A stretch of DNA of 64,000 nt, taken from contig JBGSPE010000005.1 in assembly GCA_041738755.1 (NCBI GenBank), positions 3,522 to 67,521 on the forward strand. The letters are read 5' to 3'. Source of the DNA: Minisyncoccia bacterium. Its GTDB lineage: Bacteria > Patescibacteriota > Minisyncoccia > Phycocordibacterales > UBA918. Position numbers and translations under genes: made by a program. Shown here one piece after another: positions 17,971 to 26,585 of this stretch; position 1 is the first letter of the stretch; every line of letters begins with the position of its first letter. The notes beneath the pieces were generated by a model. That model had not been told where the DNA came from. It was given only the letters and a program-made list of their open reading frames with translations, and did no database searches.

Positions 17971-18949
17971 CGAGTTTGAACGAGCTACTTTCATACTCAC
18001 GTTTTATTACGTCTTTTCAACGGCGGTAATTTTGCTGGTGAGTAGTGTTGCAGTTTTAATTATTTTTGCACCTCCTGAAACCGAAGTGCCATTTAGAACT
18101 GAAACCGAAACGCAGATAGAGATTGAGCATGACGATTGGAGTTTGTATGAAATACGTGAGCACTTAGTGTCAGTGATTCTTATTGTTGATGTACTTATTC
18201 TTTTAATAGTCAGTATATTTGCATATTTCTTTGCCCGGAGGACACTCTTGCCGATTCAGAGGATGCACGAACGGCAGCGTCAATTCCTCGGTGATGTTGC
18301 ACACGAGTTACGAACACCGCTTTCGGTACTTCTAGCGGGAGCTGATACTGTTTTGCGACATGAACGATCCGTGCCCGAATATCAACTATTTGTAGCTGAT
18401 GTTCATGAAGAAGCGACGCGTCTTACTCGGCTATCAAACCAACTCTTACAACTTCTTAAAGCTGGCGAAATAGAAATGGGTGAACCGAGTAATATACTGG
18501 TGTCAGTCGTATTAAGTCAGGAGATACGACGCTTTACTCCCTATGCAACTGAGCGAGATATTACCCTTGCGAGTGACATAATGCCTGGATTGACCACGTT
18601 TACACACCAAGATGCTCTCATTGAGATAGTACAAAATCTCCTCAAAAATGCCATTGATTATAGTAATCCTGGAGATAGTGTCACACTCTCGCTTGGTACT
18701 ACGCAAACCTCATTAGTGATTACAGTGGTTGACACAGGATCTGGTATTGACGCAAGTAAACAAAAAATGATATTTGATCGTTTTACAAAAGTAGATACTG
18801 CTCGCACACAGGGTAGTGACAGTGGTGCGGGGCTAGGGCTAGCAATCGTAAAAGCCTTAGTCAACAAGCTCGGTGGAGAGCTGGCTCTTAAAAGTGAACC
18901 AGGTATTGGTACAGAAGTGATAGTGATGCTACCTGTAGAGCATTCATAA
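17912..18949 (+). CDS. Sensor histidine kinase (two TM helices, HisKA, HATPase_c)
   Basis: H-box HELRTPLS, with N, G1 and G2 boxes (NLLKNAIDYS, DTGSGI, GAGLGLAIV). It overlaps the regulator gene by about 59 nt in another frame, so the start is uncertain. Confidence 0.85.
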   Translation: MIMNNILKLFAGLATRFKRNEFERATFILTFYYVFSTAVILLVSSVAVLIIFAPPETEVPFRTETETQIEIEHDDWSLYEIREHLVSVILIVDVLILLIVSIFAYFFARRTLLPIQRMHERQRQFLGDVAHELRTPLSVLLAGADTVLRHERSVPEYQLFVADVHEEATRLTRLSNQLLQLLKAGEIEMGEPSNILVSVVLSQEIRRFTPYATERDITLASDIMPGLTTFTHQDALIEIVQNLLKNAIDYSNPGDSVTLSLGTTQTSLVITVVDTGSGIDASKQKMIFDRFTKVDTARTQGSDSGAGLGLAIVKALVNKLGGELALKSEPGIGTEVIVMLPVEHS

Positions 18950-19004
18950 AATATTCATAGTTAGCCAGTAGGATATTAACCATACAAGGTAATCAATTTA
19001 TTTT

Positions 19005-19175
19005 ATGGCTCAATATGTTTGTTTAGAATGTGGCTGGATTTATGATGAAGTACTCGGTGATCCAAGTCGTGGCTACCCAGCGGGCACAAAGTGGGAAGAT
19101 TTACCTAATGATTTTAAATGTGCCGAATGTGAGACGATTAAAGGCGACACGCATATGTGGCAGAGGTTAGATTAG
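19005..19175 (+). CDS. Rubredoxin (56 aa; absent from the ORF track because it is under 60 aa)
   Basis: MAQYVCLECGWIYDEVLGDPSRGYPAGTKWEDLPNDFKCAECETIKGDTHMWQRLD carries the CxxCG...CxxC rubredoxin iron site with the conserved Y/W/F core. Confidence 0.75.
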   Translation: MAQYVCLECGWIYDEVLGDPSRGYPAGTKWEDLPNDFKCAECETIKGDTHMWQRLD

Positions 19176-19185
19176 TTGATAAATT

Positions 19186-19692
19186 ATGAAAAAAAATATT
19201 AGAAATGTAGTCCTTACCTTCGGTTTGATTACGGTAGTTGCTGTTGGCACTGCTCAGTTCAATATGAAGCAAGAAGCAGCTGCTGATCCCTTGTCTAAAA
19301 TATATGAAGTGGAGATGGAAAAGGCAGAAGAAGATTTGCGAGAGGTTCTAGCTGACCGACTTACCCTGCAGAGAAATGAAGTTGAAAATATTCAGGCATT
19401 AGAAAAAGTAAGATTGTTAGAAGAAGTAGAAATCGAAAAAGCGGTAGAAGCCGCAGCAATCTCGACAGCAAAAGATGCCTCTGCACGTCAGGCAGCAATC
19501 GAAGCTGCAGCTGAGGCAGACGCTAGACGTCAGGCTGCTGCAGTCGCTGCTCAGAAGGCAGATCAAGAGAAGGCAAATGAACTAGCTGCACAACAAGCAG
19601 CTGAAGCAAAAGCCGCTGAGATCGCTGCACAACAGGCTGCCGATTTGGCGGCGGCCGCACAAAGGGATGCTCGTCGATCACGTGCTAGTTAG
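19186..19692 (+). CDS. Membrane-anchored Ala/Gln/Glu-rich coiled-coil protein (TolA-like low complexity)
   Basis: An N-terminal TM helix, then AAQQAAEAKAAEIAAQQAADLAAAAQRDARR-type repeats. Confidence 0.5.
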   Translation: MKKNIRNVVLTFGLITVVAVGTAQFNMKQEAAADPLSKIYEVEMEKAEEDLREVLADRLTLQRNEVENIQALEKVRLLEEVEIEKAVEAAAISTAKDASARQAAIEAAAEADARRQAAAVAAQKADQEKANELAAQQAAEAKAAEIAAQQAADLAAAAQRDARRSRAS

Positions 19693-19815
19693 TCGTGCTT
19701 ATTAAATAATTTTAAACGTCTTCTGTGGGTGAATTTTAGGTATTTTAGCCTACGTAGTATTGTTTTGGGTACGGACTTTCTTGACCCTTTATAAATTGCA
19801 GTACATACTTTACTC

Positions 19816-19975
19816 GGATTCAGCGAAAGGAGGTCTTATGAAAAATACCACCAACTAAGAGCGGCAGATATCATGTGGTCCTAGCTAAAGCTCGGCTTGG
19901 CGCTACGGCGTTTGTGGACGCACGTGCGGTTCTCATTTGAGAATCAACCCCCGGAACATGTTTCCGGGGGTTTTG
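19816..19975 (+). ncRNA. Candidate small transcript or leader carrying a 6-codon uORF (MKNTTN) and a strong intrinsic terminator
   Basis: A putative promoter (TTGACC, 17 nt, CATACT) at 19781-19809. A consensus SD (AAAGGAGG) sits 5 nt before ATG AAA AAT ACC ACC AAC TAA (19838-19858). A structured GC-rich stretch follows, ending in a 9-bp GC hairpin with a T-run at 19948-19974. Confidence 0.3.
19948..19974 (+). terminator. Rho-independent terminator
   Basis: CCCCCGGAA-CATGT-TTCCGGGGG followed by TTTT. Confidence 0.8.
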
Positions 19976-20055
19976 CTATCTAAAAAGTTCTACTATCGTC
20001 CTAAACGACCGGCAAAGAAATTTCTACATATTCTCTGTCGATGCACGATTGAGTA

Positions 20056-20613
20056 TTGTGCGATACACTAGGGTCTAACATTTATTTTATGCACGTATCA
20101 TATTTTGAGGTAACCGTACCAGTTTTTAAGAAGAATCTCTTAATTGCTAAAGCCTTATTACAGAAAGGTCTTGAACACGCACTTCTGAGTGGCATTACAG
20201 AGGCGGTGTTTTTAGATCAGCGACTCGCTCCTGACATGTTTCCGCTCTTAAAGCAGGTGCAGATTGTGACTGATAGCGCGAAGGGTGCTAGTGCTCGCTT
20301 GGCAGGTGTCCAGGCACCAGCAATTGCTGATACAGAGACAACAGTTGCTGAACTTGTAGCTCGGATTGATACTGTCATCGCGTATCTTGATACGTTTACG
20401 CCCGACCAGTTTGAGCAAGCAGCTGAGCGAAAAATTGAACTGCCATATATTCCTGGTATGTACCAAACAGGTGCAGATTATCTGGTTGATTTTGTGCTGC
20501 CAAACTTTTTCTTCCATATGTCTATAATTTACGGATTGATTCGCTCACAAGGTGTGTCGCTCGGTAAGATGGATTTCTTGGGTAGTTTGAAATTACACCC
20601 TTTGGATTCGTAA
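20056..20613 (+). CDS. DUF1993 family protein
   Basis: Contains the RLAPDMFPLLKQVQIVTDSAKGASARLAG segment characteristic of DUF1993 helical-bundle proteins. The likely start is the internal Met at 20089. Confidence 0.55.
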   Translation: MCDTLGSNIYFMHVSYFEVTVPVFKKNLLIAKALLQKGLEHALLSGITEAVFLDQRLAPDMFPLLKQVQIVTDSAKGASARLAGVQAPAIADTETTVAELVARIDTVIAYLDTFTPDQFEQAAERKIELPYIPGMYQTGADYLVDFVLPNFFFHMSIIYGLIRSQGVSLGKMDFLGSLKLHPLDS

Positions 20614-20714
20614 TTGTATTAGTATCGAAAGATATTGATAGTTGGTTAGAAGAAATTTCTACTTAATGAGTCTAAAGTAAATAATAAATTTACATCACAA
20701 CTTAATTAAATCGC

Positions 20715-21164
20715 ATGAACGAAGATCAAATAAAATTAAAATCACTTTTGACTAGCTTGGTTGATGGTGATGACTATTACGCTATAGAACCAGCAACAAA
20801 AGAACAGATTGATTTATTTACTGACCGTGCGATAGAGAATGGAATTGAGCCTCTTGTCATTCAACAACTAGTCAATCTATATTCAGTAGCTAACTCTTTT
20901 AATTATGAAATAGTACTATCATTTCATAGTTGTGATGACATGATTATTTTTGAGTGGTGGGACAATAAAGAACTGTGGTTAGGTCAACGAGATTTTTATT
21001 CTATTCGCTATGTAAACGGTAAATTTTGTCTAGGTGATGCAAGTAATGTTAGCTTTTCTGACGAAGATCAATACGACACTCTAATTGGGTTAATAGAAGG
21101 ATGTATAAATCTAATTAATAAAGCAGATTATTTTGGTAAAAATAATACAGCTACAACAAATTAA
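20715..21164 (+). CDS. SMI1/KNR4 (SUKH)-like putative immunity protein
   Basis: 149 aa with SUKH-like topology: an N-terminal helix (ATKEQIDLFTDRAIENGIEPL), an aromatic core (IIFEWWDNKELWLGQRDFY) and FCLGDASN. The gene is strongly AT-rich compared with its neighbours. Confidence 0.4.
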   Translation: MNEDQIKLKSLLTSLVDGDDYYAIEPATKEQIDLFTDRAIENGIEPLVIQQLVNLYSVANSFNYEIVLSFHSCDDMIIFEWWDNKELWLGQRDFYSIRYVNGKFCLGDASNVSFSDEDQYDTLIGLIEGCINLINKADYFGKNNTATTN

Positions 21165-21215
21165 AGCTCGTAGTGATTAAGATAAGTAATTGCTCGCTTA
21201 AGGTATAATCAGAGT

Positions 21216-21731
21216 ATGAATACTATTGAAGATAATACCTGGAACGTTATTCCAGGTGCCGGACTTGGGCTGCTTGAGTTTGGCATGACACCTGCACAAG
21301 TGGCCGTGTTGATTGGGGCTCCGAAGAAAACACGTCCTATCTGGAATGGCTCAGGATTTAAAGAATTCCGAGATTTAGAACTACCAATTATCGGTTACGG
21401 TACAGACGGGAAGCTTAAAGATATCGAAGCTGGTTCACGAGTAATAGGTGTCTATTTTCACGATCTCAATATTTTTACTGAGGAGCCGGAGAAAGTGGTT
21501 AGAGTACTGCATGAGGCGAATGGTAAGGCGGTTCATTATGGCCTTGGGACATTTGCATTTTGGAATCTTGGTATTACGTTTGGTGGAATCTTTAACCAAG
21601 AGACAGAACGTTTCTATACACTCAAAGACTATTCAGAAGGGGAACAGGACGATAGAAGTTTGGCTGTGTGGCCCAAAAATGATCAGAGGTGGAATAATTT
21701 AAAATCCGAATTTACTGAGTTTAATTTATAA
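21216..21731 (+). CDS. Hypothetical protein (possible second immunity-type protein)
   Basis: 171 aa, no recognisable motif, adjacent to the SUKH-like gene. Confidence 0.4.
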   Translation: MNTIEDNTWNVIPGAGLGLLEFGMTPAQVAVLIGAPKKTRPIWNGSGFKEFRDLELPIIGYGTDGKLKDIEAGSRVIGVYFHDLNIFTEEPEKVVRVLHEANGKAVHYGLGTFAFWNLGITFGGIFNQETERFYTLKDYSEGEQDDRSLAVWPKNDQRWNNLKSEFTEFNL

Positions 21732-22019
21732 GAGTACTGTCATCAGCCAAATTAAAACTACAAATAGTAGTATTGCGGAAAAAACTCCGATAGTAATTCT
21801 TTTATAGTTAATCGTCTTAGAGTCAGAAGCGTGTTTTCTCAACATCCAGGGTCGTACGAAGAACCATACAATCGTTGTGATGGGTAGAATAAATAAGTAA
21901 AAAAATTGACGGCTGATTTCAGGAACGTCATTCCCGAATACTAATTCTAATATCCCTAATTCGTAAAAAATTACAAGAAGGCCAAGGCCAACAAGGATTT
22001 CATAATTTCTAGGTATCAT
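21726..22019 (-). CDS. Hypothetical small membrane protein
   Basis: Three predicted TM helices, AT-rich. Confidence 0.35.
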   Translation of the reverse strand: MIPRNYEILVGLGLLVIFYELGILELVFGNDVPEISRQFFYLFILPITTIVWFFVRPWMLRKHASDSKTINYKRITIGVFSAILLFVVLIWLMTVLL

Positions 22020-22149
22020 AGAGGTATGTAAAAGTATACCATTTTATGATTTCGACTTTGAAAATTTTACAATAAAACAAGATATGGTGTGGCCAGCATA
22101 AAATCTTTAAGGGGGTGTATAGTGATAGGGAGCTGACTTTAGCTGGTAA

Positions 22150-22590
22150 ATGACCTCGGTCAAAACTTATAGATACATAATTTCTTACAGTAACGTTATG
22201 AACAATCAACAAGCTGATGAATCTTCCAAGAGTCAATATAGAGTTGGTATTCGGTATAATCCACTTGAAATTGAAGATACCCAAAACATCTCAATTGCTA
22301 TTTTTGGCGCAAGACGTATTTTAGATGAATGGCGAGACTATCAGCATAGTCAGAAGCTACATAATCAGGAATTACTGTCTGAATATGAGGTGTTATCAGG
22401 GACTGTTAAAAGGTTGCAGACTAACATTGATTTACAAAATGATATCCTGAAAAGACAGACTACAGATACACCAGAAGAGTGGAATGTGCATGTGGAAGAG
22501 TTAAAACATCGAGCACATGAAATCATCGCTGACTTAGAAGCGCTTACTACAGATTTATCAAAATTTTATCTACCAGAAAATAACGAATAA
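22150..22590 (+). CDS. Hypothetical coiled-coil protein
   Basis: Helical and charged, no motif. The start is possibly at an internal Met (MNNQQ). Confidence 0.35.
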   Translation: MTSVKTYRYIISYSNVMNNQQADESSKSQYRVGIRYNPLEIEDTQNISIAIFGARRILDEWRDYQHSQKLHNQELLSEYEVLSGTVKRLQTNIDLQNDILKRQTTDTPEEWNVHVEELKHRAHEIIADLEALTTDLSKFYLPENNE

Positions 22591-22754
22591 CTAGTACTGT
22601 TGTGAAAATGGATGATTGAGGATTACCTGTGAGTACGAGATATTACAATGGTTCGCTTACTGGGATTATATATGTAGCCGTTTGAGATGGAGATATATCT
22701 TTAGTGCGAAAAAATAACTGAGTAAATAGCAATAATTTTAAGATACTAGGCAAT

Positions 22755-23588
22755 GTGGTACTCTACAGTAATATGAAAAATATCAGTGTTATTGTAGGAG
22801 CATTATTATTTATAGGTATAGGGGGATGGTTTTTATTCACAGCGAGTGATTCACAAAGTCCTGAAGAAACTCCAAACCCTGGGGTATCAGTCATGGAGTC
22901 TACCTCAGGAACTGAGATTACAACTCAAGATGGCCTGGCGTACTTTCCAGAATCGAGTGGATTCTTGGCAGAACCAAGTGCACCGGGAGATTATCCGGGA
23001 GTCGTCATGATTCATGAAAACCGTGGCTTGCGGCCTGAAGTTAAACAAGCCGCCGAAGAACTCGCTCGTGAAGGCTATCGTGTACTTGCCGTTGATTTGT
23101 ATAAGGGTACGGTAATGGAGACACAAGAAGAAGCCAGAGCCTATCGAGATAAATTTAATCAAGCTGAAGGACTTGAAAACATGCAAGCTGCGGTACAGTA
23201 CTTGAAAGATAATGGTTCGACCAAAATTGCTTCACTTGGCTGGTGTTTTGGTGGTAAGCAATCCGTTGATTTGGCAATTTCAGGCACACCGCTTGATGCG
23301 ACGGTGGTGTACTACGGTGGCGGCATGGCAACTTCAACTGAACAGCTTGCTCCTATCTCGTGGCCAGTCCTAGGTATTTTTGGAGATCAAGATGCCATCA
23401 TCCCGGTTGCTATGGTCCGTGACTTTGAGACTTCACTTGATACACTGGGGATTGAAAATGAAGTATATCTTTATGAAGGAGTTGGTCATGCGTTTGCCAA
23501 TCCATCAAATTCAGACTTTGCACCAGAAGCTACGGAAGAAGCGTGGGCACGAACGTTGACGTTCCTTGAGACTCACCTAGGAACTTAG
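22755..23588 (+). CDS. Dienelactone hydrolase family protein with an N-terminal membrane anchor
   Basis: DLH fold with a nucleophile elbow (GWCFGG) and a downstream D/H region (DQDAIIP, GVGHAF). Confidence 0.8.
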   Translation: MVLYSNMKNISVIVGALLFIGIGGWFLFTASDSQSPEETPNPGVSVMESTSGTEITTQDGLAYFPESSGFLAEPSAPGDYPGVVMIHENRGLRPEVKQAAEELAREGYRVLAVDLYKGTVMETQEEARAYRDKFNQAEGLENMQAAVQYLKDNGSTKIASLGWCFGGKQSVDLAISGTPLDATVVYYGGGMATSTEQLAPISWPVLGIFGDQDAIIPVAMVRDFETSLDTLGIENEVYLYEGVGHAFANPSNSDFAPEATEEAWARTLTFLETHLGT

Positions 23589-23616
23589 TTACAAGAGTGA
23601 TGCACTAGAGCATATA

Positions 23617-23645
23617 AAACTGACCCTCATTAGGGTCAGTTTTAT
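23617..23645 (+). terminator. Rho-independent terminator
   Basis: AAACTGACCCT-CATT-AGGGTCAGTTTT. Confidence 0.7.
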
Positions 23646-23706
23646 ACTATTTCTATACCACTATGGTACTCGTCAGATAAGCAGAGGCTCAGTATAATAA
23701 AAAAAT

Positions 23707-24162
23707 ATGAATAATAAAATTCTCGCAGCGTTGGGGTTGGTTATCGTACTATCAATTGTGGCTGTCTACCGAGTACAGCAATATTCGGCTCAATCTGACG
23801 TACTGGTTTTGCCACAATCAGTACCTGTTGAAGGTTCGGACGTAGGCACGGAGGTTTCTCCCGAAGAAACAGTAGCCGTAACCGAACGATACCGTGGTCA
23901 GATAGATAGAGTATCCGTAGAATTTGAGCAGAATGATTTTACCAGGTATCAACTCGTTACAAACGGTGTAATTCGTAGTGGTGAACTTAATACAGAGCGA
24001 GGGTTTGCGGATGATGAAAACGCTACTGTCTATGTAATAGATTGGCAACAGCCAGAAGCGGAGCAGTTGCGGTATGTCAAACTAACAGCCGAACCAACGA
24101 GACTCTACTTGCTTAATACTGATGGCGAGATTGTTCGCAGCAGTGTATTAAACTTAGAATAG
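23707..24162 (+). CDS. Hypothetical secreted or membrane-anchored protein
   Basis: N-terminal signal or TM segment. No motif. Confidence 0.45.
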   Translation: MNNKILAALGLVIVLSIVAVYRVQQYSAQSDVLVLPQSVPVEGSDVGTEVSPEETVAVTERYRGQIDRVSVEFEQNDFTRYQLVTNGVIRSGELNTERGFADDENATVYVIDWQQPEAEQLRYVKLTAEPTRLYLLNTDGEIVRSSVLNLE

Positions 24163-24225
24163 TCCCACATCGTTTGGGTATTGCGATTAAACTTTCATCA
24201 GGGTTTTTGCTGATATACTAATTTT

Positions 24226-25251
24226 ATGATTAAAAATTATACGGTAGCTGTGTTCGCTATTACTCTCGTAAGTACGGTACTGTTCCCAACTACGTTTACT
24301 GAAGCAAGACACACTGATCGTGAGGAAGGTTCGAGTGAGCGGTATGAGTCATACAGCCGGGCAATCAATCGGCTTGATGATGATATCGTTGAGGATTTAT
24401 TCGTCCCGTTGTTGTTTGGAATTAAGCTTAACAGCATCGTCTCTGATTTTGGTGATCCGCGCGGAGGAGGGACAAGAGAACATGAAGGGCAAGACTTGAT
24501 TGCTCCCTTAGGTACACCAATTGTTACTCCGACTGAGGCGGTAGTGACAAGAATAGGAACGGGAGAAAGCGCAGGGAAGTATGTCTATACCAGAAACCCC
24601 GGTGGTGAGACCTTTCGGTACATGCACCTTGATGCGTTTGCAGATATAGATGAGGGTGATGTTTTGGAAGCGGGAGATTTTATTGGAACGGTAGGTGATA
24701 CGGGTAACGCTATGGGTGGAGTCGCTCACCTCCATTTTGAGATTCGGGATGAAGAAGCGTTAGACCCCTATCCGCGAATTACGGTTGAGCTCACGTTAAA
24801 AGAGAAGATGGAATTGGTGGAACGAATGTTTGAAAATCTCGATGATGCTGATGAAGTGGCTGAATTTTTGACAACATCACACACAGCTGATTTTAGGACT
24901 GCTCTCAATGCCGGATATGACCTGCCAGAAGAAATTACCGAAGCTTTAGAAGAGAGGGGTATTGTGAGCGTTGCTGATCTTGTGGCTCAACTCGAACGTA
25001 TCATCGATTCAATCCCAACGGTTGTTACGAGTGAACTTACGCTTGGTTCGCAAGGTACCTCAGTGAGTCTTATGCAGACATATCTCATATTCACCCAGAC
25101 TGGCCCGGCGGTAACCGTTCTTAAGTCAGCTGGTGCAACAGGGTACTATGGTCCTGTGACGGCAGCTGCTATCCGGGAATATCAAACCAGTGCAAAACTT
25201 CCAGTAACAGGAGTGTATGATGTCGCAACCAGGGCGGCTATGATGGAATAA
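24226..25251 (+). CDS. M23 (LytM) family metallopeptidase with a C-terminal peptidoglycan-binding domain
   Basis: M23 motifs HEGQDLIAPLGTPIVTP and HLHFEI. The C-terminal PG_binding_1-like repeat reads LTLGSQGTSVSLMQTYL...GYYGPVTAAAIREYQ. Confidence 0.85.
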   Translation: MIKNYTVAVFAITLVSTVLFPTTFTEARHTDREEGSSERYESYSRAINRLDDDIVEDLFVPLLFGIKLNSIVSDFGDPRGGGTREHEGQDLIAPLGTPIVTPTEAVVTRIGTGESAGKYVYTRNPGGETFRYMHLDAFADIDEGDVLEAGDFIGTVGDTGNAMGGVAHLHFEIRDEEALDPYPRITVELTLKEKMELVERMFENLDDADEVAEFLTTSHTADFRTALNAGYDLPEEITEALEERGIVSVADLVAQLERIIDSIPTVVTSELTLGSQGTSVSLMQTYLIFTQTGPAVTVLKSAGATGYYGPVTAAAIREYQTSAKLPVTGVYDVATRAAMME

Positions 25252-25349
25252 TCAAGATATCTCTTGACAAGTATTCATTTTATTAGTGATTTAGAGCATT
25301 GTGCGGTATACTGTATGGGCCGCGGTTTAGTAGCTAACATAAAAATATT

Positions 25350-25451
25350 ATGTCAGAAGAAACAAAAAAAACAGTGACGACTACTACGCCTGAAGATACT
25401 ACAGAGCACACAGATGCTCCGGTTGTAAAAGACGACCAAAAGAAGGACTAA
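25350..25451 (+). CDS. Possible 33-aa acidic/Thr-rich small protein
   Basis: MSEETKKTVTTTTPEDTTEHTDAPVVKDDQKKD, immediately followed by a terminator hairpin. No SD is present, so the call is speculative. Confidence 0.25.
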   Translation: MSEETKKTVTTTTPEDTTEHTDAPVVKDDQKKD

Positions 25452-25458
25452 GTATAAA

Positions 25459-25482
25459 AAACACCCGGCCGGGTGTTTTTTA
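25459..25482 (+). terminator. Rho-independent terminator
   Basis: ACACCCGG-CCGGGTGT followed by TTTTTAT. Confidence 0.7.
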
Positions 25483-25536
25483 TAAATACGCTGTGGTATT
25501 CGGCAGCACCGTCGTTACAAAATAATTACATCACGT

Positions 25537-25884
25537 ATGCAAAGCACAAGTAAACCATTATACAAGGGAGTTCAAATAATTTGGTACGGACTGTACCTCA
25601 TTGAAGTATTATTAATAGCTCGATTCGTTCTTAAACTAACGGCAGCCAACCCTGGTGCGACGTTCACCGATATCATCTATACACTCTCAGGTATCTTTGT
25701 CACACCGTTTATTGCTGTGTTTAGCAATAATAGTGTTTCTTCAAGTACTTTTGAATGGACGACCTTACTCGCTATGTTGGTGTACTGGGGTATTGCTACC
25801 GCGCTCGTAAAATTTTTGGTGATGAGTAAGCCAATGTCAGTCCAAGAAGCTGATGTAAAACTTTCAGAAGAGGAGCGCCTGTAA
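25537..25884 (+). CDS. Hypothetical membrane protein (YggT-like?)
   Basis: Three or four TM helices. No firm motif. Confidence 0.4.
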   Translation: MQSTSKPLYKGVQIIWYGLYLIEVLLIARFVLKLTAANPGATFTDIIYTLSGIFVTPFIAVFSNNSVSSSTFEWTTLLAMLVYWGIATALVKFLVMSKPMSVQEADVKLSEEERL

Positions 25885-25927
25885 AATGGTAAAATAAACG
25901 TAATTAATAAATATAACTAATAAAAAT

Positions 25928-26176
25928 ATGGGACTTTTAACATGGATAATTTTCGGTGGGTTAGCCGGATGGATTGGATCAATTATTATGAAGACAGATG
26001 GACAACAGGGAATCTTCCTGAATATTATTGTAGGAATTATTGGAGCAAGCTTGGGAGGGTTTCTCATGAGTGTGCTGGGAGGAAGTGGGGTAAATGGTTT
26101 TAACCTTTACAGTTTCTTTGTTGCCGTTTTTGGAGCTGTAGTACTCCTTGCAATTGTAAAATTCATTCGTCGGTAG
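25928..26176 (+). CDS. GlsB/YeaQ/YmgE family stress-response membrane protein
   Basis: MGLLTWIIFGGLAGWIGSIIM...IIVGIIGASLGGFL is the typical transglycosylase-associated small-protein signature. Confidence 0.8.
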   Translation: MGLLTWIIFGGLAGWIGSIIMKTDGQQGIFLNIIVGIIGASLGGFLMSVLGGSGVNGFNLYSFFVAVFGAVVLLAIVKFIRR

Positions 26177-26180
26177 AGTT

Positions 26181-26576
26181 TTGTGTATGAAAAACTTTGT
26201 CATTAATTTCTTGGCTGTCCTAGGAGCAGTTTTCTTAGGTTTGCTGCTGGTTTTCGCATACTTTTTTGTGGCTGATCCATATGAGCTTAAGCCGCTACTC
26301 TTTGGCACGGAAGCAGATTCGGCCAGTGTCCGTGAGGGTAAGGCGGTCGAATCAGAGCTAAATGCTAACACTACTGTCACCCCACTAGAGCTTACGGAAC
26401 AGCAGAAAGAAGCAGTGTCAGCGGTTGGTGTTGACCCTGAATCTATTCCAGACACTATCTCAACCGAACAAGAAGCGTGTTTTGTCGGGATTTTAGGTTC
26501 AGAAAGAGTGTTAGAAATTAAGGGCGGGGCTGTACCGAGTGTGATTGAGTTTGCTCGGGTCAAAGAATGTTTGTAG
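26181..26576 (+). CDS. Hypothetical membrane-anchored protein
   Basis: N-terminal TM helix and an acidic extracellular region. The antisense 194-aa ORF (25979..26563) is rejected. Confidence 0.45.
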   Translation: MCMKNFVINFLAVLGAVFLGLLLVFAYFFVADPYELKPLLFGTEADSASVREGKAVESELNANTTVTPLELTEQQKEAVSAVGVDPESIPDTISTEQEACFVGILGSERVLEIKGGAVPSVIEFARVKECL

Positions 26577-26585
26577 AATCAAACA

